Shown: one piece after another, positions 62,002 to 64,000 of the stretch
Layout of the letters: every line of letters begins with the position of its first letter
Numbering within the stretch: position 1 is the stretch's first letter
Assembly: GCA_030390025.1 (NCBI GenBank)
Contig: CM059425.1
Coordinates: forward strand, 163,310,001 to 163,374,000
Length of the DNA: 64,000 nt
Source of the DNA: Squalus acanthias
Taxonomy: Eukaryota
Direction: 5' to 3'
Translations under genes and position numbers: made by a program
The notes under the pieces: generated by a model
Databases searched by the model: none
Seen by the model: only the letters and a program-made list of their open reading frames with translations
Told to the model about the DNA's origin: nothing

Positions 62002-64000
62002 GGGGTAAAAATTCAGTTGGTTGCGCCTCCCGTTAGCGCCTTAAATGGGCGCTAATGGGGCGTTAAGGCGCTAACGCCCGGGCGCAGCGCTGTTTGCGCT
62101 GCTCGAGAACTTAACTTGAGATTGTGCGGCGGCGCTAAAACTTACCGCTGCGACCACCTGCGCGCGCAGATTGTGACGTCAGTCCGTGGTGCAACGCCCT
62201 TGGGGCGCCCCGGAGCGGAAATTGAGTGGCGCCCCCTGCCTTACCGCCTGGCGCTTCCAACGACCGGAAGACTGGAACGTTATCAATCGGTCTGGGGCTG
62301 GGGGGGGCGCTATTTAAAGGGGGCCTCTTCCTGTCTTTTTCTGTGGTCGACATTTATGCACCACTCGTTCTGAGAGAGAGAGAGAGAGATTCGGAGAGAG
62401 AGAGAGAGAGACTTCTACATTGACTCAACGCTTTGTGAGGTAGTTTTGCCTAGTTCATCCTAACTTTGCTGCTACTTTCGTTGCTGTACCTCATTACTTT
62501 TCTGGCAAAGAGAAGATGGGGGCTGCAATGATTGGGGGCGTCGTCCTGCTCCAGCTCAATCGGAGGAGAGTGAGACGCAGACAGAGAGTGGCAATGATGG
62601 CCAGACGGAGGAGGCCCATCAGGCGCATGTACAGGAGAGCTTACCCTCCCAGGGTATATCGTGAACAGCTCTCCTACATCCACATGTCCGAGGAGCTGTG
62701 TTTGCGAAGGCTGCGATTCAGCAAGGAGGTGGTCACTGAGCTCTGCCACCTGCTGCAGCCAGATCTGCAGCCTCAGCTGAGGTCCAGGACGTCTCTGTCG
62801 GTGGCAGTGAAGGTCACAGTGGCCTTGAACTTCTACGCCACTGGCTCATTCCAAGCTGCTGTTGGGGACCTCGCCAATATCTCCCAGTTTGCGGTGCATC
62901 GCTGCATCCGGCAGGTCACCAATGCCCTCTTCACAAGGAGACGAGACTTCATCTCCTTCCCTATGACCCCAGACAAGCAGCATGACCGTGCTATGGGCTT
63001 TGCGAGGGTAGCGGGCTTCCCCATGGTGCAGGGCGCCATTGACTGCACGCATGTGGCTTTGCGTGCTCCGCGAGAGAATGCAGAGGAGTTCCGGAACAGA
63101 AAGGGGTTCCATTCCTTGAATGTGCAGTTGGTCTGTGACCACAGACAGGTGATTCTCGCTGTCAATGCCCACTATCCGGGCAGCTGCCACGATGCTTTCA
63201 TCCTGCGCCAGAGTACTGTGGCAGAAATTTTCGAGGCACCGCATCAGCCAGTTGGTTGGCTTCTGGGGGACAAGGGGTACGCATTGAGCACCTGGCTGAT
63301 GACACCGCTCCGTGCGCCAAACACCCCTGCTGAGCTGCGGTACCAGGAAAGCCAACAAGCAACGAGGAACATTATTGAGCGCACAATCGGCGTGCTCAAA
63401 CAACGATTCCGCTGTCTGGACCATTCCGGAGGAGCCCTGCAGTACTCGCCTGAGCAAGTTTCGAACTTCGTAGTGGTGTGCTGCATGTTGCACAACATGG
63501 CAATCCTCAGGACGCAGCCAATGCCACCAGGCCTTGCAGCACCACCAGAGGAGGAGGAGGAAGAGGAGGAACAGGCCGAGGACGATGATCAGCAGCAGCA
63601 CCAAGGCAGGAGGGCGGCCCACAATGGTCAAACTGCAAGGGCCGTCCGTCAACGACTAATAGCAAGCCGCTTCTAGGGCCCCTGCCAGTGCTACAAACAC
63701 GAATCAACCCAGCACGCAACCCCTAAGCCGGCCAAGGCACCAATAATTCCAACCACCAGCCATGTATATTTTGAATACAGAAACTTATTTATTGTACAAA
63801 CTCTGTGTGTGTCAATTCCTCATGACAAACTCATAGAAATAAACACAAAAAAACAGTCAATAACATAACTGGTTCTCACAACCTGGAGATAATGTCCAAA
63901 ACACTAAACAAAAGTTGGGCCATGAACCTCGGCCTTTAATAAAAAAATGACCAGCATTTTGGCACACCTCCTACTTTTTGCCCTTCGAGGGTGATCTCCT
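62002..64000. mobile_element. Harbinger DNA transposon, left part, apparently young; runs off the right edge
   Basis: Terminus GGGGTAAAAATTCAG after GACAC-AAA; GC-rich subterminal GGCGCTAA repeats; (GA)n 62372-62410; intact transposase; opposed AATAAA signals at ~63785 (-) and ~63838 (+). Confidence 0.9.
62516..63676 (+). CDS. PIF/Harbinger DDE transposase (HARBI1-like family), intact 386 aa
   Basis: ATG-to-TAG open frame with [67 protein letters not shown] and an acidic C-terminus. Confidence 0.9.
   Translation: MGAAMIGGVVLLQLNRRRVRRRQRVAMMARRRRPIRRMYRRAYPPRVYREQLSYIHMSEELCLRRLRFSKEVVTELCHLLQPDLQPQLRSRTSLSVAVKVTVALNFYATGSFQAAVGDLANISQFAVHRCIRQVTNALFTRRRDFISFPMTPDKQHDRAMGFARVAGFPMVQGAIDCTHVALRAPRENAEEFRNRKGFHSLNVQLVCDHRQVILAVNAHYPGSCHDAFILRQSTVAEIFEAPHQPVGWLLGDKGYALSTWLMTPLRAPNTPAELRYQESQQATRNIIERTIGVLKQRFRCLDHSGGALQYSPEQVSNFVVVCCMLHNMAILRTQPMPPGLAAPPEEEEEEEEQAEDDDQQQHQGRRAAHNGQTARAVRQRLIASRF

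Noticed and set aside
62846..63652. 268-aa antisense ORF and similar long antisense ORFs over LINEs
   Set aside because: Shadow frames of GC-rich transposon coding sequence with no recognisable motifs.
62516..63676. Domesticated host gene HARBI1
   Set aside because: It is flanked by a transposon terminus, inserted in a CR1, intronless, and has several degenerate relatives nearby, so it is a transposon copy.

Overview
Eukaryotic, repeat-dominated vertebrate DNA. The repeat repertoire (CR1/HER1-type LINEs with (TTCTATGT/TTCTTATG)n tails, Deu-domain tRNA SINEs, L2, RTE, many PIF/Harbinger elements and MITEs) points to a cartilaginous fish (inference). The only host gene is a minus-strand, intron-containing CPT2-like (carnitine palmitoyltransferase 2) pseudogene. 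Exons equivalent to CPT2 exons 3, 4 and 5 lie at 56380-56274, 49380-48081 and 34137-~33810; they keep canonical splice sites but carry at least 3 nonsense codons and 3 frameshifts. The rest is layered transposons: CR1, a second CR1-group LINE (one copy with a tRNA-like 5' head and no ORF1), L2, RTE, SINEs, hAT and Tigger-like MITEs, and two-gene Harbinger elements (transposase plus spliced Myb/SANT partner), including one intact 386-aa transposase ORF. Non-obvious signals: minimal hammerhead-ribozyme motifs in short Penelope-type palindromic repeats, and a recurrent Harbinger target-site pattern (..AC|AWW|G..). Coordinates were read by eye; family names come from motif recognition, not database searches.
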